Assembly (NCBI GenBank): GCA_021604665.1
Contig: BQJK01000001.1
Coordinates: forward strand, 956,419-1,020,418
DNA: 64,000 nt
Direction of reading: 5' to 3'
Origin: Rhodomicrobium sp.
Lineage (GTDB): Bacteria > Pseudomonadota > Alphaproteobacteria > Rhizobiales > HXMU1428-3
Shown in pieces: positions 42,506 through 53,966 of this stretch; the stretch's first letter is position 1, and every line of letters starts with the position of its first letter. The notes beneath the pieces are model-generated. The model did no database searches, was not told where the DNA came from, and was given only the letters and a program-made list of their open reading frames with translations. The translations under genes and the position numbers were made by a program.

Positions 42506-43987
42506 TTATTTGAAACTAGCCTCATCACGGCGGCTAAACATATCTTCAGAGAGCATTACACGGCGCTCATCCAATTCAGCATGATTGATCGTGCTGCCTC
42601 TCCAGCGGCGATCTACGCGTGAATAGTTTTCCACAGGGTCATAGATCATGGTCGGAACAGGCAGCATCACAACAGATAACCGCCCAATAGAAGCAAGCAG
42701 GTTATATTCTGCCACAATCACATCACGCTGCGCAGTCACAAGGTCTACCTGACTGTTCAAAAACGCCTGTTCGGCATCAAGCACATCAAGAATGGTGCGC
42801 TGGCCAACTTTTTCCTCTTCCCTAACACCGGAAAGGGCCGTTCTGTTGGCTCGAACAGCCACTCTATTCGCTTCAATCTGTGCCCGGGCTGCCTCAAGCT
42901 GCCCCCAGGCTGAAATAACAGAAGATTGCACAAGCAACCGTGCCTGGCTCAATTCTGCCCGCCGTTGCAACACAAGCTGCTTCGCCTGGCGAATACGGGC
43001 GTAAACCTCACCGCCTTGATAAAGCGGCACACGGGCCCGCGCATAAACAGAGCCGGTCTCCCGTTCATCAGTTAAAGGTGAACTATCAAAATTCTGCGAA
43101 TATTGCGCTTCAAGGTTCACTTCAGGTAAGCGCTCACCTTGAATAACATTCACATTATGCCGGGCAGCTTTCTCATTAAACAGCGCAACCTCGATAGAAG
43201 GATGCTCCGCCAGACCCCAGCTTAGCGCTTCCCTCTGATTTTTAGGCAGATGCTTGGCGATCGTACCAGGATGCTGCAATCTTTTTGGCTGGTGCCCGAC
43301 AATGCGGCGAAACTCAGCTCTTGCCGTCTTAAGATTGGCGCGCGCTAAATTAAGAGATGAAACGGAGATACTGCGCCGCGCCCGCGCTTGCGCAACGTCT
43401 GTTGTGGTCACTTCACCCACTGAAAAACGGTCATTCGTTGCGTTAAACTGCTGGCTCAGCACGCTAACATTATTGGTCTGCAAGCGAAGCACAGCCCCCT
43501 CGCGCACCACATTCATATAAGCTGTCACCGCATCAAGCAGCACATTTTGTTCAACCTGACGCAAGCTGGCGCGCCCAGCATGCACCTGCGCCCGGGCAGT
43601 CCGCACGCCATTTATGGTGCGAAAACCACGGAACAGAGGCTGAGTAACCGTCACGGAATATCCATAAGGAGATGTTCGCCCATCAGCAAGAGAGCCGGGC
43701 CGCGTATCCGTATCAACTGAGCCTAGCTCACCATTCAGTGTCACATTTGGCCGATAGCCAGACTGTGCCCGCGCCACTTCTTCATCAGTCCCGCGCAACC
43801 GGGCCTGCTCTGCATGGAGAGCCGGATTATGCTGATAAGCTGAAGACAGCGCGTCATTAATAGATTCAGCCCTAGCCCCAGCAACAGGAACCGCCAGCAA
43901 TGCAGCAACAGAGACAAAACCTGCGCCAACAATAAAGCGGGCCCTGCGCAAATTGCGCCCGACGAAAATATTTTGATAAACCTTCAT
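42506..43987 (-). CDS. tolC: TolC family outer membrane protein
   Basis: ARAQSGYRP, PLFRGF, PLYQGG, EEKVGQRTILDVLDAEQ; pcm-tolC-popZ-valS order. Confidence 0.93.
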   Translation of the reverse strand: MKVYQNIFVGRNLRRARFIVGAGFVSVAALLAVPVAGARAESINDALSSAYQHNPALHAEQARLRGTDEEVARAQSGYRPNVTLNGELGSVDTDTRPGSLADGRTSPYGYSVTVTQPLFRGFRTINGVRTARAQVHAGRASLRQVEQNVLLDAVTAYMNVVREGAVLRLQTNNVSVLSQQFNATNDRFSVGEVTTTDVAQARARRSISVSSLNLARANLKTARAEFRRIVGHQPKRLQHPGTIAKHLPKNQREALSWGLAEHPSIEVALFNEKAARHNVNVIQGERLPEVNLEAQYSQNFDSSPLTDERETGSVYARARVPLYQGGEVYARIRQAKQLVLQRRAELSQARLLVQSSVISAWGQLEAARAQIEANRVAVRANRTALSGVREEEKVGQRTILDVLDAEQAFLNSQVDLVTAQRDVIVAEYNLLASIGRLSVVMLPVPTMIYDPVENYSRVDRRWRGSTINHAELDERRVMLSEDMFSRRDEASFK

Positions 43988-44529
43988 AAGGAAAATCACC
44001 TTTGAATAGCACTGAATGGCGTAAGCAATGCTGGTATATGATTAGAGATTATGAGGTCATCCCTGCCCTCACCCTCAAATGAACATTTAAGTTTCAAAAG
44101 AGGCCATACTGAATATCCAGTCCGAATCACTTACAAAAAGTTACCGCAAACCAGAGAGGTCAATATAAGACTGTATATCAGGAATATAATGTGGAAAGAG
44201 TGTGGATAAACCATAAGGAGCATTAATCATATCATCGTTTCATATATGCCACAGATCTCTCAACCTTAGGATGAGACCACATGCACCCATGGGCCCGCAG
44301 GTGGCCACATAAGAGCGCATTTCTTGATAGATTTATGAAAACATAGAATGATTTTGAGGCATTTTAACCGCCCCCATAACCCAGCGCAAAGCCTTGCGCC
44401 GCAAAAGAACAATGAAGACCATTAGAAAAGCAGATATTTGAGAGCCAGATAGTCTTGGACTAAGCCAGCTAGCCTTGCGAGTGAAACTGCATCCACAGCT
44501 TGTGCAAAAAATACCGGAAACAGCGATTT

Positions 44530-45204
44530 TTAAAATACAAACGCTTCAGGTTTCACAAAATCACCCAGTAATGGCGCAGAGAGATCACCAATGGTCACAG
44601 AACCAACAACACCGCCGCTACGCACAAAGCGCTCAGCACGGCCATAGCCATTTTCGAGCACCACAGTCACAAGGCGTCCGCCATCTTTCAGTTGATCAAG
44701 TAAAACCTGCGGCACCACTTCAACAGCACCATTAATCAAGATCACATCATAAGGGCCTTGTGAGGCCTGGCCCTCAGCCAAAGCGCCTTCAACGACAGCC
44801 ACATTCATAATTTGCTGGTCAGTTAAGGTCTCAGTAGCATTGGGGACCATGTTAGCGATTGATTCTACCGCCACAACAGAATCCGCCAAATGCGCCAATA
44901 CAGCAGATGAATAGCCTGTCAGGCACCCAACATCGAGCGCAAAATCACTTGGTTGAATCTCCGCCGCCTGAATAAGCGTGGCAAGCGCAACGGGCATTAA
45001 CATGTAACGCGGCCCACCACTTTCATCACGACCAACAATCCGCAAATCTTTATCTGCATAGGCGATAGATTTTAAGTCACCAGGAACAAAAGCCTCCCGC
45101 GGCACTTCATCCATAGCAGCAAGAATCCGAAGGTCGGTGATATCATCAGGCCGCAATTGGCAATCAACCATGTTGCGGCGTAGTTCTTTATAATTATCCA
45201 TCAT
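44530..45204 (-). CDS. pcm: Protein-L-isoaspartate O-methyltransferase family protein
   Basis: RRNMVDCQLRP, VPREAFVP, LDVGCLTGYSSAVLA, GPYDVILINGAV, QLKDGGRLV. Confidence 0.88.
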   Translation of the reverse strand: MMDNYKELRRNMVDCQLRPDDITDLRILAAMDEVPREAFVPGDLKSIAYADKDLRIVGRDESGGPRYMLMPVALATLIQAAEIQPSDFALDVGCLTGYSSAVLAHLADSVVAVESIANMVPNATETLTDQQIMNVAVVEGALAEGQASQGPYDVILINGAVEVVPQVLLDQLKDGGRLVTVVLENGYGRAERFVRSGGVVGSVTIGDLSAPLLGDFVKPEAFVF

Positions 45205-45593
45205 ACCCTCACCAGAAAAATGCCTCGAAGTTACCCGCTATAATATGTATCAGCAGGGGCCCTTAAATTAGGTCATAAAGTAAGTTAACTCACATTTCAA
45301 TTGAAGGCGTCAAAAGGGCGCAAATTGTCACCTTTATATTCAGGCAAACACAAAACAACGAAACCTAGGTGAATACTATGCCCTGCCCCCCAAAAAATCA
45401 TTGACAAACCACCCCACCTAAAGCTTAGGTGTGCCTTCCGTTAGAGGGGGTGCTCATCACCACATTAAGCGCCCACCCGGCAAAAGCGAAGGCACAAATC
45501 TCTGGCCGTCTACAACTTGCCAGGCTGCCTAAGCGGATAATTGTGGGCATCAGATGCACAAAGATGCAGGCATCTGAAGCCCATCAAGAGAGA

Positions 45594-45667
45594 GGCCACG
45601 TGGCGGAGTGGTGACGCAGCGGATTGCAAATCCGTGTACCCCGGTTCGATTCCGGGCGTGGCCTCCA
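45594..45667 (+). tRNA. tRNA-Cys (GCA)
   Basis: GGCCACG/CGTGGCC acceptor stem, anticodon loop TT-GCA-AA, GGTTCGATTCC T-arm, encoded CCA. Confidence 0.98.
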
Positions 45668-45819
45668 ATTCTTACCCCCTGCCTCAAGATCAAACTCATA
45701 TTTCCCCATAAACATAAAATTCATCTGAAAAAAATAAAATTGCATCTTGGCAAAGCGGCAAAAGCTTTGTAAAAGAGCGCTTCGCCTGTCGCTTCACTGC
45801 AGCGGCGCAACGGCGTTAT

Positions 45820-45895
45820 TCCCCGGTAGCTCAGTTGGTAGAGCAAACGGCTGTTAACCGTTCGGTCGCTGGTTCGAGTCCGGCCCGGGGAGCCA
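45820..45895 (+). tRNA. tRNA-Asn (GTT)
   Basis: TCCCCGG/CCGGGGA acceptor stem, anticodon loop CT-GTT-AA, GGTTCGAGTCC, encoded CCA. Confidence 0.98.
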
Positions 45896-46042
45896 CTTAT
45901 TTTTACACCCTCCTCTCAGACTTTCACTAATCCCCCAAACCCATCACAAACCCCTAGACCAGATTAGCCCATTGATTTAACGTCCTGAAAAAAGCGCGCC
46001 ATCGCATAAACTCAGCACAGCAGAAAATCAAAAGGGCTACAG

Positions 46043-47068
46043 ATCATCAGCACATCAGATCAAAACCCGCATGGCCCTTCAGCCTGGATCCTCACCGATG
46101 GCAAAATCGGTGATCTTGTCCAATGCCGCGGTATTGCTGATCAACTGAATGCAACCGTCAGAGAAATCGTCATTACCCCAGGAAAGCCCTGGGACTGGTT
46201 ATTACCCTGGGGCCCCCTGCCGCCTCAACATCGCCCCACAGCGATAAACAGCCCCATCGCCGGGCCATATCCGGATCTTGTCATCGCCTCTGGTCGCCGC
46301 ACGCTGCAATATCTCAAGGCCATCAAACAAGCGTCAAACAAACAAACCTTCACAGTCTTCCTCAAAGCACCTCAGCGACACTCGCCAGATATCGACCTTA
46401 TCTGGCTGCCCTGGCACGATAAGCTACGCGGTGAGAATGTGCTCACCACCCTAACCGCACCACACACCATTTCTGCTGAAATTTTGTCTGAGTTACGAAG
46501 CCGCCCCCTCCCCGAGCATTTGCATAATTTACCCGCCCCCCATATAGGCCTGATCATCGGGGACCCGCTCTCACGCACCACAAAGCACGCGGAGGCCCTG
46601 CAGCATTTTCTGACTGAAGTAGATAAATTAACCGAGGCGGCTGGCAGTTTCTGGATCATTGGCTCAAGGCGAACACCGCCAGAGGTGATGGAAGCTTTAA
46701 AACAGCATCTGAAAAACAAGCCCCATTGGCTGTGGCAGGGTCAGGGTCAGGGAGAGAACCCCTATAAACTGATATTGGCCAGAGCTGATGCACTCGCCGT
46801 CACCGCTGATAGCCACAATATGGTCGGAGAAGCGCTCGCCACCGGTAGTGAAGTAATCCCGATCACCCCCCTAGCCATAAACCCTAAACTTGGCCGCTTC
46901 ATCCAAAAGCTGAAAGTTGACGGCTACGTAAAAAGCCCAGTTGATATAACAGGGAAACCTCAGTCTATTGTGAGCCAGCCTGGCCAAAACCGCCCGCCAC
47001 TTGATGCAACAAAAGAAATTGCAGCCGCTATCCGGTTAAAAATGGCAGAGCACGCCAAAGCCCTATAA
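46043..47068 (+). CDS. ELM1/GtrOC1-family protein (putative glycosyltransferase); start codon non-canonical or frameshifted
   Basis: The frame of the 46439 ORF stays open back to a stop at 46007-46009 and contains WILTDGKIGDLVQC, PDLVIASGRR and LPWHD; no ATG/GTG/TTG before 46082; ATC 46043 follows AAGGG. Confidence 0.8.
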   Translation: MISTSDQNPHGPSAWILTDGKIGDLVQCRGIADQLNATVREIVITPGKPWDWLLPWGPLPPQHRPTAINSPIAGPYPDLVIASGRRTLQYLKAIKQASNKQTFTVFLKAPQRHSPDIDLIWLPWHDKLRGENVLTTLTAPHTISAEILSELRSRPLPEHLHNLPAPHIGLIIGDPLSRTTKHAEALQHFLTEVDKLTEAAGSFWIIGSRRTPPEVMEALKQHLKNKPHWLWQGQGQGENPYKLILARADALAVTADSHNMVGEALATGSEVIPITPLAINPKLGRFIQKLKVDGYVKSPVDITGKPQSIVSQPGQNRPPLDATKEIAAAIRLKMAEHAKAL

Positions 47069-47139
47069 GGCCAAACAGCGCTTGAGTGTAACTTCCAAGA
47101 CAACTCCAGCCCTGCCCTAAATATCGACCCAAAACTGGC

Positions 47140-47808
47140 TTACCGACCAACAACTGGCTCATTAGGATAAGCCAGCTCTTCCCGAGATCTCCATTCCGGC
47201 TTCACATAATTCACGATAATAGATTTACGGATCCCTTTGATGGGGCGCTTCTCAAAACCGTGGTAGGTTTTATCTGAGGGAATAAAGATTAAAGCGTGAT
47301 TAGGAGCAAAAGGTGAGCGCCCAACATGCTCATCCTTAGAGGCATAAATATCAGTGCCTAAAGTTTCATGCCCCTCTTCATCAGATAGATAGAGCAGCAT
47401 TGTGAAAAGCTTGGCGCCAACATCAGTATGAGGCTCAAGCCAAAAGCCATCCATATCCTGAGCAAATTCAATCCGTAGATTAGAACCACCAAGCTTAACG
47501 TCCAGGGTGTCTTCTATTTTTTTAACAACGTCTTCAGATTGAAAAGCCTCAGCCATAGCGCCGCAGGAGGCATATTTTTGATTATTCTCAACATCAAAAT
47601 AATTACGATGTTTATTATAAATCTCCCGGCGGCCATAACCTTCTTCATAAGAAAAACATTCAAAATCCAGCTTTTGAAAATCTGTAATCACATTTTCTGG
47701 CAAGACATTATCAACCAACCAATGCTTATAGGGTGTCTCGTTCTCATGGCGTGCATCGAGGGAACGCTCAAAACAATCAACAATTTCAGATTTTAACTTC
47801 GCATCCAT
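47140..47808 (-). CDS. 2OG-Fe(II) oxygenase superfamily protein
   Basis: HxD (EPHTD), distal His (TYHGF), RKSIIVNY 2OG-binding motif. Confidence 0.85.
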   Translation of the reverse strand: MDAKLKSEIVDCFERSLDARHENETPYKHWLVDNVLPENVITDFQKLDFECFSYEEGYGRREIYNKHRNYFDVENNQKYASCGAMAEAFQSEDVVKKIEDTLDVKLGGSNLRIEFAQDMDGFWLEPHTDVGAKLFTMLLYLSDEEGHETLGTDIYASKDEHVGRSPFAPNHALIFIPSDKTYHGFEKRPIKGIRKSIIVNYVKPEWRSREELAYPNEPVVGR

Positions 47809-48199
47809 AACAACTACACTCCCCAAAAGCCCCAAACAAATCTGATAGTAAACCAATATAAAATTCTGAACAGCCCAGCCGAGTTGTTTTTACAAAGCAA
47901 CACTTTTTCCAAATCAATCCTGGCCACGAACATAACAACACGGCGAAGCCACAATAGCTCAGCGCCCAAACTGGTTAACATCTTTTAAGATACATGCACT
48001 CACCGGGTCCACTATTAAATTCAGATTTACCTCGACCGGCCCGCCCCTTCACAGTCCAGTTAGAGGCGCCGGATTAAATAATGCTAAGTATTTAATTAAC
48101 TAACCCAGAGATGAAAAAGCCAATAACTTGAAACACTAACCAGATACCGCTAACAATATAATTCCATTTAAATGAGTAAACGAGATTAAGAGTAAAATC

Positions 48200-48556
48200 A
48201 TGAACAAACCAAGCAATAATGATCTTTGGTATGCGTACCTAAGAGCCCATGAGGATGAAAGAACCAGAAACCTACATTACGCCGGCACTCTTCTCGGCAT
48301 CGGTATGTTCGTCTCTGCCATTTTGGTGATGCAGCCTCTGCTCATTCTCGCTGGTGTCATCGCAGCTTACGGTATGGCCTGGTTTGGTCACTTCACCATT
48401 GAGAAGAATAAGCCAGCCGCTTTCACCCGCCCCATTCTCTCTTTCCTCTATAATTTTAAAATGCTGTGGCTCTGGCTAAATGGCGAAGTTGATAAAGAGT
48501 TTGAAGCAGCGCTTAGTCAAAAGCCAAAAACAATTGGCGAAGAAAGCCCCGCTTAA
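48200..48556 (+). CDS. DUF962 / Mpo1-like membrane protein
   Basis: YLRAH...RNLHYAGT, AWFGHFTIEKNKPAAF. Confidence 0.88.
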   Translation: MNKPSNNDLWYAYLRAHEDERTRNLHYAGTLLGIGMFVSAILVMQPLLILAGVIAAYGMAWFGHFTIEKNKPAAFTRPILSFLYNFKMLWLWLNGEVDKEFEAALSQKPKTIGEESPA

Positions 48557-48612
48557 ACGAGTGTAAGATAATCTCTAGAGGGCGCGGTCCACGATAACCA
48601 AAACCTACCATG

Positions 48613-48668
48613 CCTGAAAAACAAAACACGGCCTGAAAAACAAGACATGACCTGCAAAACAAAAAAGG
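48613..48668. repeat. Three imperfect 19-bp tandem units CCTG(A/C)AAAACAA...
   Basis: Starts at 48613, 48632, 48651; ends 30 bp upstream of the 48699 gene. Confidence 0.85.
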
Positions 48669-48698
48669 CCCACCGCACATAATCTGAAGGAGTTTGCC

Positions 48699-49127
48699 AT
48701 GATGACCACTAAAATTAGCTCAAAACTACTTAGAGTTGCCATGCTGGCATTTGTCTCGCTTGGTCTGTCCTCGCTAGAAGCCTCGGCAGATCAACATATG
48801 AAGGATGGCACGATCCCCAATCTCATTGGCACCTGGTCTGGCAAAAACAACACCATCTCAGATAAAAAAGGTTACCTCACCAGAGACAAAACCATAGAGA
48901 TAACAGAACAGAAAGACCGCCGCTTTAAGGGCATTTTTAAATATGCTGAAGGCACAGTGAAATTTTTCGGGGTCATCTATCCCGATAATCTCTCCTTCAC
49001 ATGGGTCTCTGAAGGCAGCCGCGGTTATAATCAGGGCCGCATATTAGGAAAGTCAAAAATCAGCGCCTGCTATGTTGAATCTGGCATCGATGCCACCGCT
49101 GGCTGCGCTGAGCTAACCCGCCAATAA
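48699..49127 (+). CDS. Small secreted beta-rich hypothetical protein (lipocalin-like signature)
   Basis: Signal peptide ending ASA, PNLIGTWSG, C-terminal Cys pair; AAGGAG SD. Confidence 0.75.
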   Translation: MMTTKISSKLLRVAMLAFVSLGLSSLEASADQHMKDGTIPNLIGTWSGKNNTISDKKGYLTRDKTIEITEQKDRRFKGIFKYAEGTVKFFGVIYPDNLSFTWVSEGSRGYNQGRILGKSKISACYVESGIDATAGCAELTRQ

Positions 49128-49235
49128 AGGCGAGGTAAAAACGGCTCGCCCCCTGCAGATAAGCACCGTTAGCGCATGTGTAACTGTTAGTTAGCAAACA
49201 AGGCGGGGCTGATTAAACCATCAGATAAAAATAAA

Positions 49236-49268
49236 GCCGCCCCCTTCAGGTCAAGGTGAAGGGGGCGG
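49236..49268. terminator. Bidirectional intrinsic terminator between the 48699 gene and katG
   Basis: CCGCCCCCTTCA-N8-TGAAGGGGGCGG with T-rich tails on both strands. Confidence 0.85.
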
Positions 49269-49295
49269 TTTTGTTTATTTTAAAAGCTAGACAAC

Positions 49296-51491
<2,196 letters not shown>

Positions 51492-52502
51492 TTAAATTTA
51501 TAAATTGATCTGCCGCGCCATAAAGGCGCTCTGTTCAGTCAAATAACTCTTATTATTGTGTCAGCCTGACAACATAAGGCTAGTTGTCGACTGAGCTTAT
51601 AAATCACTGAAATATGAGGGGCAGATGGCATAATAAAAATCATGCGTCTTAAGCCCTTCAGATACCAGATTTACATCATCAGTAAAACTTGTATTTAATG
51701 ATTTATTGATTAGCTATGCTGATGGAGGTGGTCGTCTGCGCCAAGGCAAATGCCCACCTTCACCGCTAATCTTCTAGCATAGACGAAAAAAAGAGCGGTC
51801 CCCATAGGTGATATCTTGCACAATAAATACTGTTAATCCATCAGACCCAACAACCGATGAAACAACAACAGCGTATTACAGCTATGTTGATATGTTCGCG
51901 GCTCATAAAGATCAATGACCATGACTAAAGAGCGCTAACCCATAATAATCTCTTTGATTAGAATTAGCTCATCCACCGCCGTAAAGATAATATGCCCGGC
52001 TTCAGCACCAGGCTCTCAGCAACCATCCGCTATGGCTGAAAAAACAAAAGCCGTTTCTGACGAGAGCCCAAAATCAGAAAGAGCCACAAAATTAAATCCC
52101 TAATTTTTGACATAGTGAATATTAGGGATAAACCAGAAACCATATGGGCAATTATAACTATCAGGGTGTATAACTACATTGTTTGAAGAGAGGGGGAAGA
52201 TCTGCAAAAGATCGTCTCACCTTTTCAATTTGCCTGTGACCGGGGCTACAGAGCAGTGCCCCCGGTCACGGCGATACCCTCCACAAAAATCATAACCCAC
52301 AATAACATAGCTGCTGGCTATTCAATGCATTGGCAAAGAGAGCGCTCAAATATTCCGCCAACTAAGCCATTGATCACTGGTGGGAAAAACAACGCCTTTA
52401 TCACCATGAACAGTTTTCAGGAGCCCCCTGGCCGTGAAGAACGGCTTAAACAAGTTTGGCAAATAAGTGACAACCGCTAAAACGAAATGAAAGGCTTCGG
52501 GC

Positions 52503-53234
52503 CTACTCAGCGACCGCTTCAAAAAGATCAGGATAACGCGCCTTAACTTCAGCCCGTTTCGCCTCAATAGCCGCTTCATTCGCCCGGTCCGTCGGCAAAA
52601 TTTTCAAACGCTCACGCACACGGCCAGGCCGGGTGGTAATTAATAAAACCTCTTCACCAAGTTCCACAGCTTCACGCATGTCATGGGTCACCATCACAGC
52701 GGTTATCGGGTTGTCTTCCCACAATCGGCGCACAAGCTGGCGCAGCCTCGAAGCGGTTGGTGCATCTAGCGAAACAAAAGGTTCATCAAGCAATAATAGA
52801 TTTGGTTTCGTTGCAAACGCCCGCGCAATGCCAACCCGGCGCGCCAGACCAAGCGACAATTCAGAGGGAAAATTATCAACCAGCTCAGTTAGCCCCATCG
52901 CCTCCATCAGCTGGCTAAATTCAGCCTCACCAAACGTTGGGTCAGCCCGGAGCATCACATTGTCCCGAACGGAGCGCCATGGCAAAAGGCGCGGCTCTTG
53001 AAACACAAATCCAATTTTCGGCGGGGTCTCCCACTCCACCTTGCCTTTATAATGCGGGTCCAGCCCGGCAAGTATTCTGAGCAAGGTAGATTTACCGCAG
53101 CCAGATGGGCCAAACAAAACAGTGAAACTGTTTTTAGTCAGGGTGAAATGCGTATCCTCAAGCGCTAAAATCTTACCGCCATTGGCACTCGTATATATTT
53201 TTTCGTCTATATGAACCTTAAGCAGGCTCTGCAC
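52503..53234 (-). CDS. ABC transporter ATP-binding protein, NitT/TauT family
   Basis: GPSGCGKST, variant signature LSLGLARRV, LLDEPF; GTG start overlaps permease end. Confidence 0.9.
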   Translation of the reverse strand: MQSLLKVHIDEKIYTSANGGKILALEDTHFTLTKNSFTVLFGPSGCGKSTLLRILAGLDPHYKGKVEWETPPKIGFVFQEPRLLPWRSVRDNVMLRADPTFGEAEFSQLMEAMGLTELVDNFPSELSLGLARRVGIARAFATKPNLLLLDEPFVSLDAPTASRLRQLVRRLWEDNPITAVMVTHDMREAVELGEEVLLITTRPGRVRERLKILPTDRANEAAIEAKRAEVKARYPDLFEAVAE

Positions 53235-53964
53235 GCCAACGTGTTGCATAACGCTCCCACGGTTGAATAAACACAATTTCAATCACCAGCATCACCGCAA
53301 TAAAAGCAACGGAATAAGCAAAGATCGCCGCCACATTGAAGAGCTGAAAATAAGTATGGAGTTGGAAGCCAACCCCATCAGAGCGGCCGATAAACTCAAC
53401 CACCAAAACAATCTTCCATATCAATGACAAACCAGACCGCCCCGCCGCCGCTAAAAATGGCTGCAACTGCGGAAAGATAATATGCTGATAGCGCTGCAAA
53501 TTCGTATAACGGAAACTAGCCGCCATCTCATCCAGCTCAGCACTGAGAGACCGCGCGCCCTCGCGCAGCATCACCGCCACATTCGGCACCTTATTGATAA
53601 CAACAGCAAGAATGGCCGCTGTCTCCGTCAGGCCGCCCCAGATATAGCATAGGAATATGATAACAAGAGCAGGCACATTGAGAAAGAACACAAGCCAGGG
53701 GTCAAAAATGCCATTGAATAAATGGCTCCGCCCCATAGCAAGGCCAATCACCGTGCCAAGCAACATAGCAATCACAAAGCTGGCCATAACCCGCCATAGA
53801 GTAATAAACAGATGATAGAATAAATCCCCGTTTTGCACCTCATCGATCAGCGTCATGAATACTTTTTCAGGGCCGGGAAATAACCTGTCATTCACCAGCC
53901 AGGCCACAACAAGCCACAGCACCAAAAAACCAACAATCGATAACAGAGGATAGAACCGCCGCAT
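53218..53964 (-). CDS. ABC transporter permease, NitT/TauT family
   Basis: Six TM segments, EAA-like loop LDEMAASFR, EFIGRSDGVG. Confidence 0.9.
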   Translation of the reverse strand: MRRFYPLLSIVGFLVLWLVVAWLVNDRLFPGPEKVFMTLIDEVQNGDLFYHLFITLWRVMASFVIAMLLGTVIGLAMGRSHLFNGIFDPWLVFFLNVPALVIIFLCYIWGGLTETAAILAVVINKVPNVAVMLREGARSLSAELDEMAASFRYTNLQRYQHIIFPQLQPFLAAAGRSGLSLIWKIVLVVEFIGRSDGVGFQLHTYFQLFNVAAIFAYSVAFIAVMLVIEIVFIQPWERYATRWRAEPA

Positions 53965-53966
53965 AA

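Noticed and set aside
45594-46100. Integrative element at tRNA-Cys or tRNA-Asn
   Set aside because: No integrase and no duplicated tRNA 3' end seen downstream in the window.
51679-51725. OxyR box upstream of katG
   Set aside because: Only one of four tetranucleotide elements matches at the required spacing.
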